DNA from: Bispira polyomma
Lineage: Eukaryota
Length of the DNA: 64,000 nt
Assembly: GCA_965649765.1 (NCBI GenBank)
Contig: OZ287755.1
Coordinates: forward strand, 49,290,001-49,354,000
Reading direction: 5' to 3'
Below the pieces are notes generated by a model. It did not search any database. It was not told where the DNA came from and saw only the letters and a program-made list of their open reading frames with translations. Within the stretch, counting starts at the first letter, position 1; each line of letters begins with the position of its first letter. Positions 38,840-52,923 of the stretch are shown in pieces. The position numbers were made by a program, and so were the translations under genes.

Positions 38840-40065
38840 TGACACTACTAATCTCCTTACCCAAGTACATTTTAACGATTTGATGAACTTGTCTACATTT
38901 GGCATTTTTAATCCACCATTTACCTTGCTTTGGACTAAAATTTCTCATTTAATTTTTTCTTGTTTCCCATCCCACAGGAACTTCTTCACAAAATGTTGTT
39001 TTTGGTAGTGGAATGAACAAAAAAAAGTGACTAAATTGCGACAATATCAGAGACTTAATAACCGTGAGTTTCTCTAACGGTGTTGGGTCTCTTTTTTTCC
39101 CATCTAGATATAGTTTCCTCTAATTTCATAAGAGCTGTAGAGTAATTTATGACTGGCATATTGTGCAAATTTACATCAAAATCAGTTTCCAGTAGTGAAA
39201 ACATAGCTATATCCCATTTCAAAGTACTTTAATTAAGTAATAATTTATTCCTTGGAAATCCTATTTTTTCCAATCATATTGTGCAAATAATTTATTCCTT
39301 GGAAATCCTATTTTTTCCAATCATATTGTGCAAATTTACATCAAAATCAGTTTTCAGTAGTGAAAAGATAGCTATATCCCATTTTCAAATCCTTTTTTTT
39401 CCAATCCTCACTAAAATTATCATGCCGTAGAACATTATTTATAAATTTCCATGACACAAAATTAAAGGCCTTTTCAATGTCAATCAACATAAGCAGCCAA
39501 TTAATATTTTTCTATTCAGTGTAATTCATAATATCATATACCAGCCTTGTACTCTCTCCTATAAATCTAATTGTCAAGGAAATCGGTCGCCAATTTTTTA
39601 AGCTATCCCTTGCCTTGTTATCCCTTGGCAAACAAAAAATTACTGTCTGCCTTAGGGTATGTGTAGCAGCAGTCTTTGAGCATAGCTTCCATTTGAGGCT
39701 CGAAGAATCAACATCTTTCGATCTTTCCAAAAAACTTTGGTTTATCCCCAGGTTTTATTGTTTTTGATATTTTTGACTACATTGCTTAGTTCTACAATAC
39801 TGATTGGGTCATTTAAGCTTTCTGATTCATAGTTAGTAAGTTGTCTTTTACTTGAAATTAACTCTTCTAGGTTTATCGGGTATTTATGGTTTTCATCTTT
39901 GCGCGAAAAGAGGTCTACATAATACTGTTCAATATGAGAGAGAATTTTTTGAGGGGTTTGTACAACTTTTCCATTTGATAGCGTAATCGTTTTAATGGTT
40001 TTATCTACATATTTGGCTTTTTCTAGATTACAAAAGAATTTAGTTGGTTTTTCATTTACCCACAG
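38840..40065 (-). mobile_element. Decayed L1/Tx1-like LINE ORF2 remnant
   Basis: KPTKFFCNLEK, LKNWRPISL, RFIGESTRLVYDIM, LIDIEKAF, TPLEKLTVIKSLILSQ, GGLKMP; heavily deleted, with internal duplications. Confidence 0.8.
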
Positions 40066-40069
40066 TCAT

Positions 40070-43000
40070 ACTTCCGTTCCTTGTGTTATTTGAAGGGCGA
40101 GATGTAAGGTCTCACGAGATATTGAAGAAATTAAATAAAGGGGAAATCTTAAGAGTGTGAGAGTAATGAAAGAGATTTGGAAGACATTGTGCAAACTACA
40201 TTTTATTAGTTCTAAGAAAATTAGTGATATGAAATAGCCCGAAAGCAATTTAAAAAGGTAAAATGGTTGATGAGGTTTTAAAAAGTAAGAGAATGGAATC
40301 GGTTTGTGAAGTATTCTTGTCTAAATAAGCTCACACTGCATCACTCCTCCATGCTCTTTAATATTACTTGAAGATACATTAGATTCATATGCTAAAGTAG
40401 CAGCCGACCATCTGAAGGTATGGAAACCATGCCCTATTAAAGGAATGTTGAGAACTTGAGACTGTGTGAGAGTGTGATAACAGAGGTGAATCTGGAGGCA
40501 GATGGGTTTTCTGAAACAAGCCTTTAAAGTTTTGTACCGGGCACATGAGAGGTTCTCAAGTGCTAGAAATTTGATTATATGAGTTTGATTGGGAGATTGT
40601 AATTTTTTGCCCATTTAAGATTTAAATGTACTCCTGCATATTCAAAAATCACATCAGAGTGACAAAGGTTTCTTGTGGGATCAAACTGCTTTGCAGTCCA
40701 TGGTGCAATGTCAGAAATTCTCAAAAAACGTAAAATGCCACCAGATACGCTGTCCTGTACAGTAATGAGATTTCATATATAGCACATAAACGTGGGATGT
40801 CTTTGATATTCTGAATACATAAAATTCCTTTTGGCCTAGGTCTCAACACGTCTCCCAATAACAAGGCTCTAAGAAACTTTTTCACCAACATGCAATCCAA
40901 TACTTGGAGAGACCAGTTGTACTGAGCCAAATAATACTTTATAGCTGCTGCATAATTGTTCACCACCATGTATAATACACACTCTAAAGCTAAAAAGGAA
41001 AGAACCGAGGACAAACCATCCCACTCTATAAATTTGCACTGCATCATGTATGTTACAAACATTCTAAATTGTTTAAGATATTGCTTCTGAATAGAGGGCC
41101 TTATAGCTAGCTATGTGCAATTCAGCGCCGCCTGCAGTGTTAATACCTGTACAGCAGCAAACTTTCTTGCTGAACATTTTGAATTACATAATTACTTAAA
41201 TCCTTGTAAACCTGCCCATCAGAAGACTTTGAGAGTTTGTCTGCTATGATATTCTTCACACCCATAATGTGTGAGACATTGAGATTAATATCTGTAGGCT
41301 ACATACCAAATGTTCCTAAGGCAGAGGACCATAATAAAGGTATCTCTAGTTCTCCCTGTGTTAAATACACTGACTGCTGCTGCATTATCACATCTAATGC
41401 TTATACTAGTGTCCCACCACTGCATATACCTCCAACTGTGAAATGGATTGTGTGTCGACCAACTCTCGCGGGAGGTCTGCAGAGTATACTTGATCTAGCC
41501 AGATAGCTCCATTCTCATGAGGGTCGCATCCACAAAGACCTGCTCTCGTTGCTGTTGCCTTTTGTCGTTTAATTTACCATTGAAAGTTTAAAGAAATTTG
41601 ACAAACCAAAGTATCTCTGATTTTAATTCAATACCTACTGGAAAGCGTTGTTTACTGGAGTTCTCTCGTCGAACAGCCAAAAATCTATTTAGAAAAACTT
41701 GAGCTCTTAGAGATGTATAACAAGTTCCTTTATAGTGACTGCAACTCTCATTTTGTAATATTTCTTTCAGCAAGTTCAGTTTATATTTTGTGATATGCTA
41801 GTCAATTTATCAGGAGTAATACTGTTAGTGGCTTGCTCCACGTCCACCAAAATACCCATAATAATAACACTTTTTGATTGGGATGAGACTTTCTTAGGGT
41901 TGATAGGCAAACCTAGTTTTTGAATTACTGAGATTAAAGTATCATAAAAGTATCTTCCTGAGCTCACTCATGGTGACAGCACAAGTAAATGTCATCAATA
42001 TAGTTATGGACCACGAAACCCTGAGTTGTCATTATATAGCGTATAAAATCCAAAATACGCTGGAAAATGGCAGTGCTCTGGACTGCGCCAAACGCGAGAC
42101 CCTGATCACAATAAAACTTTCCTCCCCACCCTATCTCCAAATGTACTGCATCAACCGGGTCAATCCGGATATTCTGAAACGCCCAAGATGTTTCCTTTCA
42201 CATGTTTCACATTTTGGCCCGGTCTCATGAGATCAAGCATGAGAGAGTCCATACTCGGAAGAACCAGCTTAAACGAGATGTTATCATAAGTATCTTTTAA
42301 GGTGGCCGTGTTTACTAAAAAGTCGCCATAGGAAAGATCAAGAATGACACGTCTATCTACTATATCCTTTTCCTCTAGTCATTAGAGGAGACCAAGTGGA
42401 TGAGGAATGGTGTCAAAAGTGCCAATCATGACCTAAAGTTATATTTATGTGGTTAAATATTTTTCGATAGCTTAAGGTTAAGCGAGCTGAATGATGATTT
42501 TTTATTTCAGCAGAATGGATACCATTTGTTAAATCAAGGCCCAAGGGGAAACCTATACGGACATAGTTCACTTACTTTTGGTAATGGTACCCTACCAGGT
42601 TTTCAATCCAATAAGACTTATATTTAGGGACACCAAATGTTTGGATTTGTAAAACCATGAAAGCATAATGCTTTGGCCGGGCTACTACCAGTGTCACTTG
42701 CAATAAACCCAAATGTTCTGCCATGTGGAACCCCACATTGCTTCTTATCATTATTATTTACAAAATTACTCTTATTCACAACATCAAGTTTGAATTCACT
42801 AAAATTATTATCAATTACATAAAGCCATAAGAGGCAGTCTAATATATTTTCATACTTTAACGTCTTTTAAATTATTAAAAGGTCCTTGACTGTGAGTCTC
42901 ACATAAAAAGTTCCAGTGGGCAGTATAATGCCTCATACAGAAATGTTCTTGCGAGACGCGAGAGTTTGAACCATCACCAAATGTTTCAAAAGAAGGAATC

Positions 43001-44760
43001 ATGTGGTGCATATTCCGGATGCGACAGCCCGTGCTGGCCTATTCAGTTGAGTTCTTTTTATTGCAGTCTGCTTCAGTGTGATAGTTATTTCACTTTAATG
43101 TTTGAAAGTAGTAAAGGCACACATGCCGGAAAAGTGTGGTGGCGTGTGCATCCAAATGATAGCTCTGATGGGAGCTTGTCCCTTCATTGTACCATCTACA
43201 AGCCACCTTTCTTGGGATTTGAATCTATTGAGACCTGAGCTGTGCTGATCGTACTGGAAATGGTATTGAATCCACTAAATACCGCAGTTTGAGTATAGGT
43301 CATTCTATTTTCAGCTAATTTCATTTTAAAACCTTGCCTTCTAGCTGATGCATCGACACAGCATATGTTCACCAAGCAATCAGCCAAGATAAGTTTTCAG
43401 ACAGTTATCGTAACATAGCTCATGATATTTTGTTGTCCTCAGTTTCAAGGGCATTTCCAAGACAGCTAATAACAAAATTCCCTAATGACAAATTGTCATA
43501 CGTGAAGTTTTTACGTGCCAGGCCTATCAGACACTTCTTGTTGGCCAGTGTTGGCTATGTATGGGGTTGGGTATTTCTGTGACACTATACCCCCCACTCT
43601 TCTTGCTTTGATTACCTTCGGATAGCTCGGCCTTCACTCTGGCTTCCAAGGTTGCCATCAGTGCTGTCTTTTGGGCTTGTCCCGTCAACGTTTCTGTGGC
43701 TGTAGGTGCTGTCACATTCTGCTGCTGCTGCGGCAATTCTACATAGTTACCACAATAATCTGTCATAGGAAATAAGGTGTCAAGTTCATGTTTTTCACCA
43801 GAGACTGTCCATGTTGTGGTGTCTGCAGACCCAAGGGTAACGCTTGCTGTGAAGATGCTGTACAGTTTGTTGAAAAGGTAAAGTTTGTTGTCCAGGTATA
43901 TTCTGGTGTATTCCCTAGTAAATTGTTGTACTGGTACAGGCTGGAACTGATAAGAGTTCTGTGGCACACTCGTTGGTTGCGTGGCCGCTACTCCCCCTAG
44001 CTGGATGCTCATCTGCTGCTGCAAGAAGTCAAATCGCCCAAATCCCTAGCTTCCAACTCTCATGCTGCCTTTGACTGCTCAGCCTATCCTGGCATGGCTT
44101 TCTTCAGTCTCGGGTCTTTGACTATCACAGAGACATCCTTAAAAGAGTGAGGAATTCTCGCTCCGACTGCCGCTACAGCTGTCACGAGAGTCATTCTTTG
44201 TGGTCCACTGAAAAGGCTTGTCTATTATATCCAACGAGTTCTCATCCCCAAGATCACCTTATCAATCACTGGCGCTTTCTGCGCTTTCTGGCACTCGATT
44301 TCTCTCTTTCAGCCATATTTCAGCTCTTTATCTCCATATTCTCTAGTTTCCAACTAAATGTTTGCATGGTTGCAATCATGGTAGCAAATAGTGTATCTTT
44401 CTGTTTAGCAGACATGGAATCTTCCTTTTCCCCTCACCCCCCTCATATCTTCCTGGTTCCCAACTTCTTTTCTGTCAGATTAGGTGTTTGTCTATTTGTG
44501 ATAGAGGCAGTTGCCATCCTAATTACCATTAATCAAAAAAAAGAATAAAAACAGTAAAAACCTATAAAAGAAACGTATGTGTGGAAAAAGTGTTAACTTC
44601 ATCCAAGTGGTTCGGAGTTGAAACTGACAAGTTACTGGTTGTGCTTAGGCTTAAATATGGCGATTTTGGGCGCAAGAGTGAAGCGTTCATCATCACACGG
44701 GGTGATTGAAATAGTCGATATAAGGGGAATAAAATGGGTTATGATGGACCACAACACCTA
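40070..44760 (-). mobile_element. Tyrosine-recombinase retrotransposon 3 (Ngaro-like), more decayed
   Basis: gag ATG at 44517 with KSGG..HWP core; RT motifs RRVILDLSYG, IDPVD, YIDD (about 41990); RNase H VFVDA, HIMGVKNIIADK; YR (about 40290-41146) VAFYVFLRISDIAP, KWAK, HGFHTFRWSAA. Confidence 0.88.
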
Positions 44761-46559
44761 TAATGCTAGCATTATTGTACCCAGTATCTGAACGCTGATA
44801 TATTGTGTCACTTCACAAAGTTTTGTCTATTTTAATAGAGACCATTCATTTAGTACCAATGTCAAAGATTAATGTTCAGTTCATCAAAAAAATATTATTT
44901 TTAGGTTTTTGTAAATATGTTTTATGACAGTTTATATTGGATAATTTTTGCAAGTGTCGTTTTGGGCCTTAAATAACTTTTTGTCGCTTGTCAGAGGAGA
45001 CGATATTTATATAAGAAGTTGAATTGCCTGTAGTGTGTAAACACTTCTGCATGTCGGATTTTATGTTGACATTATGATTTGATGAATACGCTATCAGGTA
45101 ATAGCTTTTTATTTGCTCTAGATTGATCCCACATAAGGCTTTTTTTAAGAATACCAAAAAGCATTTCTACATTACCAAAACACAAATCACCTGATATGGC
45201 TAGACATATTTTTGGGGACAAGCCAAATGTGTGGTTTTTTTACTTTAGTTCAATAGAGAAGGTTTCAGTATTTTCTCTATACCTCTAGGAATATTTGATT
45301 CAATAAGACACTGTGCAAACACCACCCACTATATATGTAGAGGTAGTTCACACAAAGATCTCCTAGGTAGTTTGGATAAATTAGTAATGGCCAGCCTGCG
45401 GCTAAATATGGTACAACAAAAACTGGGACATAGTTTATCTTGAACTTTTAACATTAAAGTATTAGCAATGGAGTTGTGTAAGAATACTTAAGTACAGATA
45501 ATCATTGTCAGTACTGTTCTGTATATAATGTAGCACTACAAGTAGCAATCTCAAGTATTCACGATTGCTATTAGAACTGGGCATTTTTATCACAAAGCGA
45601 CACAATGACCAAAGTGTAGTACAGTATAGGAGAGAATTTCTGATGTGACGTAAAATTGTTGACTTCACAATATCTAATGTGGCAAAATAGAATTTTAGTT
45701 TATATTTGATATGCAAACATGTTTAAGGACCAATAACACTACGTAATTACATAATACTCTAGTTACGTGTTTATTGTTTGTAACATTTAATTGATAGGTT
45801 CTGATTCCTGCAATAGTGAATTATAACCATTAAATTTGTATTATGTAAATTGTTAATATGTAAAAAGTAACATGATAGTCATGTGTACCCTATTCATCAT
45901 TTTTTTTTTTGCCCCTTATACTTCAATATATATTATTTAAATTTCCATCTGATACTTGAATGAAACATCTCCAGAGTGGCATGATATCTAAAACTAGGTG
46001 TGTATCATATACTTTAATAGTGAAAATACTTAGTTATGAAGTAAACACTTTAAAACTATATGTCTTCACTTTGTCTCTTATTACACATATACATCTTGTA
46101 TATATATTCTGCAGGGAATGAGGTTTTTAAAAGACTTTTATGAGACTTTTAAGACACACCACATGTTACTTCATGCAAGATGGATGACATTTTATTACAA
46201 TTTTAGAGACCCCCCAGTGTTATAAAATGGAAAACGTTTTACCACAATTTTTTCTAGAGACCCTAAGTATTGATGCTGACTCTACACTATCTTGGAGTCC
46301 CATAATAATTTCAAGTAAAGGTAGTCGGATTGACCTGATTTGGACAAAAAGGTACCAGGAATGGACACAACTATCCAAGAATGTGCAGGATTGTTCATGA
46401 CCTGGTACGACTTTATCGAATCACATTCAACAACACTGATCAGGCTTAAGTCAGGTCACTCATATCTTTCACTGTGGCCTAGTGGGTAACACACTCATTT
46501 AGGAACACAGAGAACCTGGAGTTGATCCCATTTCACAAAGGGGACTTTAAGGCAAAGGG

Positions 46560-48420
46560 TCAGCACCACAGAGCGCGCCGGGGGATGATTGAGACTAGGG
46601 TGGGTATGCTTTAGTGTACAAGTGGGTTTTAAGCTGCTTTCTAAAACAGACTAGTGAGGGGGAGGCACGAATCACATCAGGTATTCCAAATAATGGAAGC
46701 ATCAAAAGCAAAGCTTTGACCAAACTGTTTAACCGACTTTTGAGTAGATGGTTGGAGCTTCGGAACAACAAGGAAATTACTACCACTCTGACTACGTCTG
46801 GTATTGTAGGAACTACTGTAAGTGAAAAGATATGTGGCAAAATACTTTGGAAACCCAGTGTGAAGAAACTTATAAACAAGTGTAGCTGTCTTAAACACTG
46901 AACGCTGTTCAACAGGAAGCCAATGCAATTCCTTAAGAACAGGAGTTATACTGGTGTATCGACTGGTGTTTGACACAATTCTAGCTGTACTATTTTGAAT
47001 GCATTGTAATTTACGTAAATTAAACTTTGAGAGACTCCTGAAAAGCGAATTGCAGTAATCCAGTCTACTACTGACAAAATCATTGGCCACAAGTATAGAA
47101 GCATCATACGTGAGAAACCGCCTGACACATCTTAAGTCCTGGAGTTGCACAAAACAGCTTTTGCAGACACTCTGAATGTGTTTGGAGAAAGAAAAGTCAG
47201 AGTCAAACCATACACCCAGGTTCCTGACAGAATCAGCTGAGCTGAAAGGGCTACCCAGGATGTCAACTAGAAACAATACTTTCAACTTATCCCTCTGTTG
47301 TTTTAAGCCAAAGATTATAAACTATAAGTAGGAAGTGAACCATTCAAGAACAGAGCCCCTAACTCAAAACCAAGTCTGAAGACAACTGAGAAGTGTGGAA
47401 TGATCAATGGTGTCAAAGGCAGCAGAGAGGTCGAGCAATACCAGGGCAGTAGGTACCCCTCTTGACAAATATAGGTGAACTTCATCTTTTATAGACAGAA
47501 GAGTTGCTCAGTCGAACTACCTGTTTTATATGCAGACTGGTATGGGTTGTCTAAGTCGTGGACAAAGATGTGATCTAACAGTTGCCTAGCAACCACACTT
47601 TCAACCAGTTTGATATGAAACTAAGACCAGATACAGGGCGATAATTCTTTAGGTCATCAACTGGAAGAGAAGCCTTCTTAATAATAGGAGTAATCACAGC
47701 TGTTTTAAAACCATCAGCTACATGTCCCTCAGTAAGTGAGCAGTTTGCAAGCTTTGTAATGGATGGGAGTAATATATCACTACATTCTTTAATGAGAGAT
47801 GTTGGCCATGGATCCAACATGCAGGATTTTGTAGGCGAGTTACTTTTTATTTTACTAACATCGTCTTCAGAGACTCTGGTAAAGGCAGTAATTTCGGGAG
47901 GATCAGAAAGAGGATGAACATCAATTTTAGTTCCAGAAACAACAAAATTATCTCTAATTCTCTTAATTTTGTCCGAAAAAAAGGAAGCAAACTTATCAGC
48001 TAGTGATTTATCAGAATCATGGGACCGGAGTGCCACATTGATATTCATATTAAGGATCTTGCGCAGTTCGTGCCATAGCTTCCTGGAGTTGTGACTGTTG
48101 TCAGAGATAAGTTTGCTATAATACTCCGACTTATCCTCGTTGACAAGTACATTGCACCGAGCAATCTGGAGATGAAGTTTACTTTTATTTAATGGATTCT
48201 TGGTCCTTCGCCAAGTTCTTTCATATTGGTGCCTGAGAGATTTAATCAGAGAGCTAATGCACAGAATCTTTCTTTGACATTCTAAAGTGGTGCATGCTTA
48301 TCTAGTACATCACCCATGTATTTATTGTTCATAAAGTTTGGCTACAGAATTGGCAGGTGACTTAATGAAGGAATTATTCTTGAGATCAGTACGGAGGTCA
48401 GACATGTTATTACGGTGGTC
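46560..48420 (-). mobile_element. L2-clade LINE remnant
   Basis: KSCMLDPWPT, NYRPVSGLSFIS, LLDLSAAFDTIDH, VRNLGVWFD, SRLDYCNSL, LHWLPV, AYPP*; the central YADD region is deleted. Confidence 0.9.
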
Positions 48421-48653
48421 AGTCAGGAAAAGATTAATAAAGGTTTTTTATGAATACTATATAGAGGTAGCTAAATGCATATAATTATTGGGTATAAATT
48501 TGAATAACATACAATTCATAGATTTAATTCGTGAATGTTGGACTTAGGCTTAAATATGCCTGTATCTCAACTCACAATCCTAACCTTAGTTCAAAAAGGA
48601 CAAAGTACCAACAAATCCAACAGCCCAAATTAAAAAGTATTACATGGTATTTT

Positions 48654-48860
48654 GGGACACGATGGCCTAGTGGTTAGAAGGCGTAAGCTTCATAATCACT
48701 GGCTTCTCACCAATGAGGGTTAGTGGAATCCTGTTTGTTCCTTCACCTGTGAAATGTTACCAGGTACAGGTACTGCCATAGGAAAGTGATTTCCTCCACC
48801 ATAAAAAAAATCTAGTCATTGTGGTATGGCATGAGCCCCATAAAACCCAAAATTAATTAA
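48654..48860 (+). mobile_element. Older family-A-related SINE
   Basis: GGGACACGATGGCCTAGTGGTTAG...CTTCATAATCACTGG head, TTTCCTCCACC core, AAACCCAAAA tail. Confidence 0.65.
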
Positions 48861-49694
48861 AAATAGATGGGATTTTAAACAAATCGGATAGTTGGATAGT
48901 TGTATTGGTTTGTTACCTTGTAACATATGTGTATCTATACTTGTCAAAATTGCATATCAATGTCTTTGATTAGCCAGACCATAAGAAGATATCCTAAACT
49001 CACATCTATACACATATATATCTGTATATATACATATATTGTTCGAACAACTATACTGAAACAAACTTGAAGTTACTTCAAGGTGACCTACTTATCTAGT
49101 TGGATATGTTCATTGTGATTATAATGTATATGTGGATATGACTGGCAAAGTAAACAACATCCAAATGTGTCATATATTTACTTTATAGATATATTTGTGG
49201 GGCTTATTGAGGAAGCCAAATTCCATGGCCAATGCATACAAATACATATATTTATATACATAATTCAAGGCTAACTTAAAAAATATATAACTGTATGTAT
49301 ATAACTGTAGATCTATTGTGCATTGTTTTAACCCTAAGAATACAGTCATTTCAGCCTTAAAAGGAAAAAAAAAACATGTAAAGTGATTGTTTACTTGGAA
49401 TGGCAAAATATGTCAATTGTAAAACCCAATAGACAAATAAACAGGTTGAAATCATGTGTCATTTACCTCATACTGTAAATACAGAGGTAGTCAATGCTTA
49501 CAATGCAGGCATTGTGTGGGTATTTTAACCTCTTCTTTTCTATTTTAAGTCCTGTTCTCGCCCATAGGCATATGACATAGCCTTGAAACAGATTACACGT
49601 TCAAGCACATCGTCTCAATTATATATTGTATATTACTAAACCTGACAGATACATTTCTATTCATTAATATTTCAATGAAGTGGAAATAAGTTTC

Positions 49695-49999
49695 CACTAC
49701 CTCTCTTTAAAGGAGGTTATGTCGTCATCTGGGATTTCACCCTGTTACCAGTCTTGTCTACTTATTTCCAGAGTTACACCAAAAACTATTAAACTAATTA
49801 ACATGAACTTTAGGATGGGGTGTTAGCTAGGAAAGAAATCCATTATATTTTGATGCAGATCTAAGTACATGAGGTGTTAGCTAGAAAAGAAATCCATTAT
49901 ATTTTGATGCGGATCTAAGTTGATTCAGCATCGGATTCAGGATTTTTGGGCACCGTGCCGTCTTGGAGAAGGTATGCACTCTATTGAATGTCCTTCTAG
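49695..49999 (+). mobile_element. Non-autonomous Helentron-type (HINE-like) element
   Basis: TACCTC...GGAGGTTATG start, internal ~50-bp tandem duplication, and GGAGAAGGTATGCACTCT...CTAGT end; related starts on the minus strand at about 50766 and 57618. Confidence 0.5.
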
Positions 50000-51377
50000 T
50001 ATGTGAATGTAGCAACTGGTTTGTCCCAAATTGGTCAATTTTGTATAATCTTTCTAAAGAGAATATAAAGCCACAAAGAACAAAAAATCACTCCTGAATT
50101 CCCTGTGCTATCCAGATCCCACCTGCCACCACTGCAGCAGCGGGTTCAAATTGTGGTAACAGCATGTGGTATGGCAAAGTTGACTGTAGATTTGCTAAAG
50201 ACCAGTGGCTCGCACAGCAGAAAACCATTTTTGATCAACTACCTCATATTGCTTTCCTCTATCAATAAACCTCTCCTTGCAGCTGTTCAAAGTAGGGGTG
50301 GCGGGCCCAAAAAAATGCGGCTTGAGTCTAACCGTCTCTGGGTACTCGCAGAATCAGTATAAACTAATCTCAGAAACCAGCCCACCAAATCTATAGAACC
50401 AAACAGGCAAATATCTGGAGAAATATTGAAATTAGGAGGCCAACATATTTCAGCTTAAAAATTAGAATAAAATTATTGTTTTGACAAAGTGAATTAAGAT
50501 AAAAGGCGAGAGTTTAATATTTTTTCCAATAAACATACACGTTTCCAAATATATTTGGCTCGTGATCAATTAATATGTCTCACCCCTAGTTCAAAGTCAA
50601 TTAAAAATGAATTTCAATATATCTACTCAGATCTGTCTTAAACATTATGACCTTATCTATCCACCATAAAAATTTGGTCAAAATTGGTTTAGTTATTACA
50701 TGTGTACTCATGGTTTCAAACAAACCAACGGACATGGGTGAAGACATAACTTCCTTGGCAAAAGTAATATAAGGTTCTATGACGTGAGCCTTTGTCCCTG
50801 TGAAATTCTGCCTATGTTTATATATATAAATGCAGTCTTTGTCAGCCTCGAAATTATATCAACAGTACAACCTACCTAAATGGTATTAATAAAGTACTTG
50901 TCATTAAAAGCACCTTAAGACGTGCTTTGAATCTCCTAAACCAGGCGAGAGGCTGAAAACGAGGACATCTAAACATAGGAGCTACTTAACCTAGTGGTGT
51001 TATTTTGAAAAGTCCTCAAAACTTCACATTTAAACCTGGCCTATTATTAACCCTCCTTTTTACTAATGATTATTAAACTGGTTTTTCAAAACCACAGTAG
51101 TTTTCTTAGAAACTGTGGGGGACCTTGCTCAATGAGAGATAGAAATGACATGCCTTTTCACTTGGTGTGATGATTCCCATTGATAATTATATCTACTTTT
51201 GTAATCTTTACATAAACATATTTATTAATATAATGCTGTTCACCTACTGGTAACATTGCATCTGACCACCCCAAATAATAGGAGGTGACATTAACAGGCT
51301 ATACCAGTAGGTAGCAGACATTTTAGAATAAGATATTAATCCCTAAACTATCAATTTCAATTACAAGGGCACTCACT

Positions 51378-51580
51378 GGGGGCTTCGATGTCACAGTGGC
51401 CTCCTACCTCTAGGGTCCTGGTTCCAATCTCTGCCGGGGCTTTAAGTAGGAAAGTTGACAGTTACTTGCCGATGGTCGCTGGTTTACAGTGTAGAATCTT
51501 GACCAACTAGTATTTACTGGTTTTCTCAAACATGTTATTACCTATACAATGCGCTAAAATATAAAACCAAATCAAATCAA
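51378..51580 (+). mobile_element. Decayed SINE with Meta/MESC-like core
   Basis: GGAAAGTTGACAGTTACTTGCCGATGGTCGCTGGTTT core; AAATC tail. Confidence 0.6.
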
Positions 51581-51959
51581 TTACAAGGTTATTCATTAGC
51601 GCATCTTCTTTCGCCCCCATAGTCCACATACTAAAACAATTTCTAGATCGACCCTTCCACTTATGCAAAGTTATTGTTAGTTTTTGGATCTTTGTCACTC
51701 ATATATGTATTAACTAATGCGGTCTCCCAGTTCAGTATATACCGTATTGCTTTGGCTCAGAATCAATATCTACTCTCTCAAACTCTTGTTTATAATGAAT
51801 AAATAAGGTTTGAAAGTCTGTACATATTTATACAAAAATGTTCACTTGGTGTAATCAGAACACATGTTTATTATGTATACACAGGTGACAATATATGTGA
51901 GCATTTGTATCGGCATGTTTAATGTTCAAGGCCTGCAGAGAAAAAGCTTCGACAAATAT

Positions 51960-52180
51960 TGGTAGTAGCCTGGGTTAAGTTGTGGCTTCTGGCCTCTGCA
52001 GTTTTGGGTTCGAATCTCAGTCTAGCATGTATGTGGGAGATTTGGCAGTGTATTTACTGAAGGCCATTGGTTTATAATTCAGTCTTACGAACTAACCTGT
52101 ACTGATATTTCCTTCATCACTAAGCTGGCCAACAGGATATAATACCACGATGTTGAATTCAACATTAAACCTAAACTAAA
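51960..52180 (+). mobile_element. Decayed tRNA SINE
   Basis: GGTTCGAATCTC B box, ATGTGGGAGATTTGGCAG core, TGTTGAATTCAACATTAAACC tail. Confidence 0.6.
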
Positions 52181-52923
52181 TATGAAACACTGATGCTTAG
52201 GAATTCATAGCTGTACCAAATTACTCTCCTTGGTAACAGTTTACATATGTAAATGAAATAATTGCATGCTAAGTGGGTAATCTTCCATCAAATATGAATT
52301 CATTTATACCATTTTGAGAATTTAAGTGTCAGTTTTCATTAAACACTATGTAGTCATGAGATATTGTACTGGGATCCATTGAATAAAAGCAATTAATCAA
52401 ATAAAGAGCTCCACTTTTTGTCCCCACTAGACGGTATAATGGTTTACATGACATTATAGCACCCAAAATACAGATATGTTTATAGGGGCCTATTTAATTG
52501 AGTAAAGTATTTAAATAAAATAAATACACTATATACACAACTAGGAGCTGCCCATGCCACAGCCACGGCTTTGAGGGCGATAATCCAAATGTTTTGACGT
52601 CATAAAAAAAATTATATTATGACGTTGACTTAGCTTTGCTAACGTCATCGACATGCAATTTTGTCGTTGTTAATGTTGTGATTTGTAACAGAAGTCGAAT
52701 GGCATTGTTTAGGTAATTGTCCACAAATATTACCTAATTATAAGGGGATATATCATCAGTCATGATTAGTAATAAACCTGTTGGACGACATGGTTCTCTT
52801 TCTTGTGTGATGTTCAGGTAATCTCACCACCCTGGTTGATTTGACTCTATTATCTGGTAAGCCATCATCTGTAACATGATTGTTTTGATATGTTATTGTT
52901 AATAACTTTATGGTTGAATGTAA

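Noticed and set aside
48543-48558. 16-nt match CTTAGGCTTAAATATG to the element 3 5' region (44644-44659) as a split direct repeat
   Set aside because: Too short, does not extend, and lies on the wrong side of the element
50105-50362. GC-richer 85-aa ORF as a host exon
   Set aside because: Matches a decayed SINE layout (GGGTTCAAAT box, AAAGTTGAC core, TTTCCTCT..CAATAAA) and has no convincing splice sites
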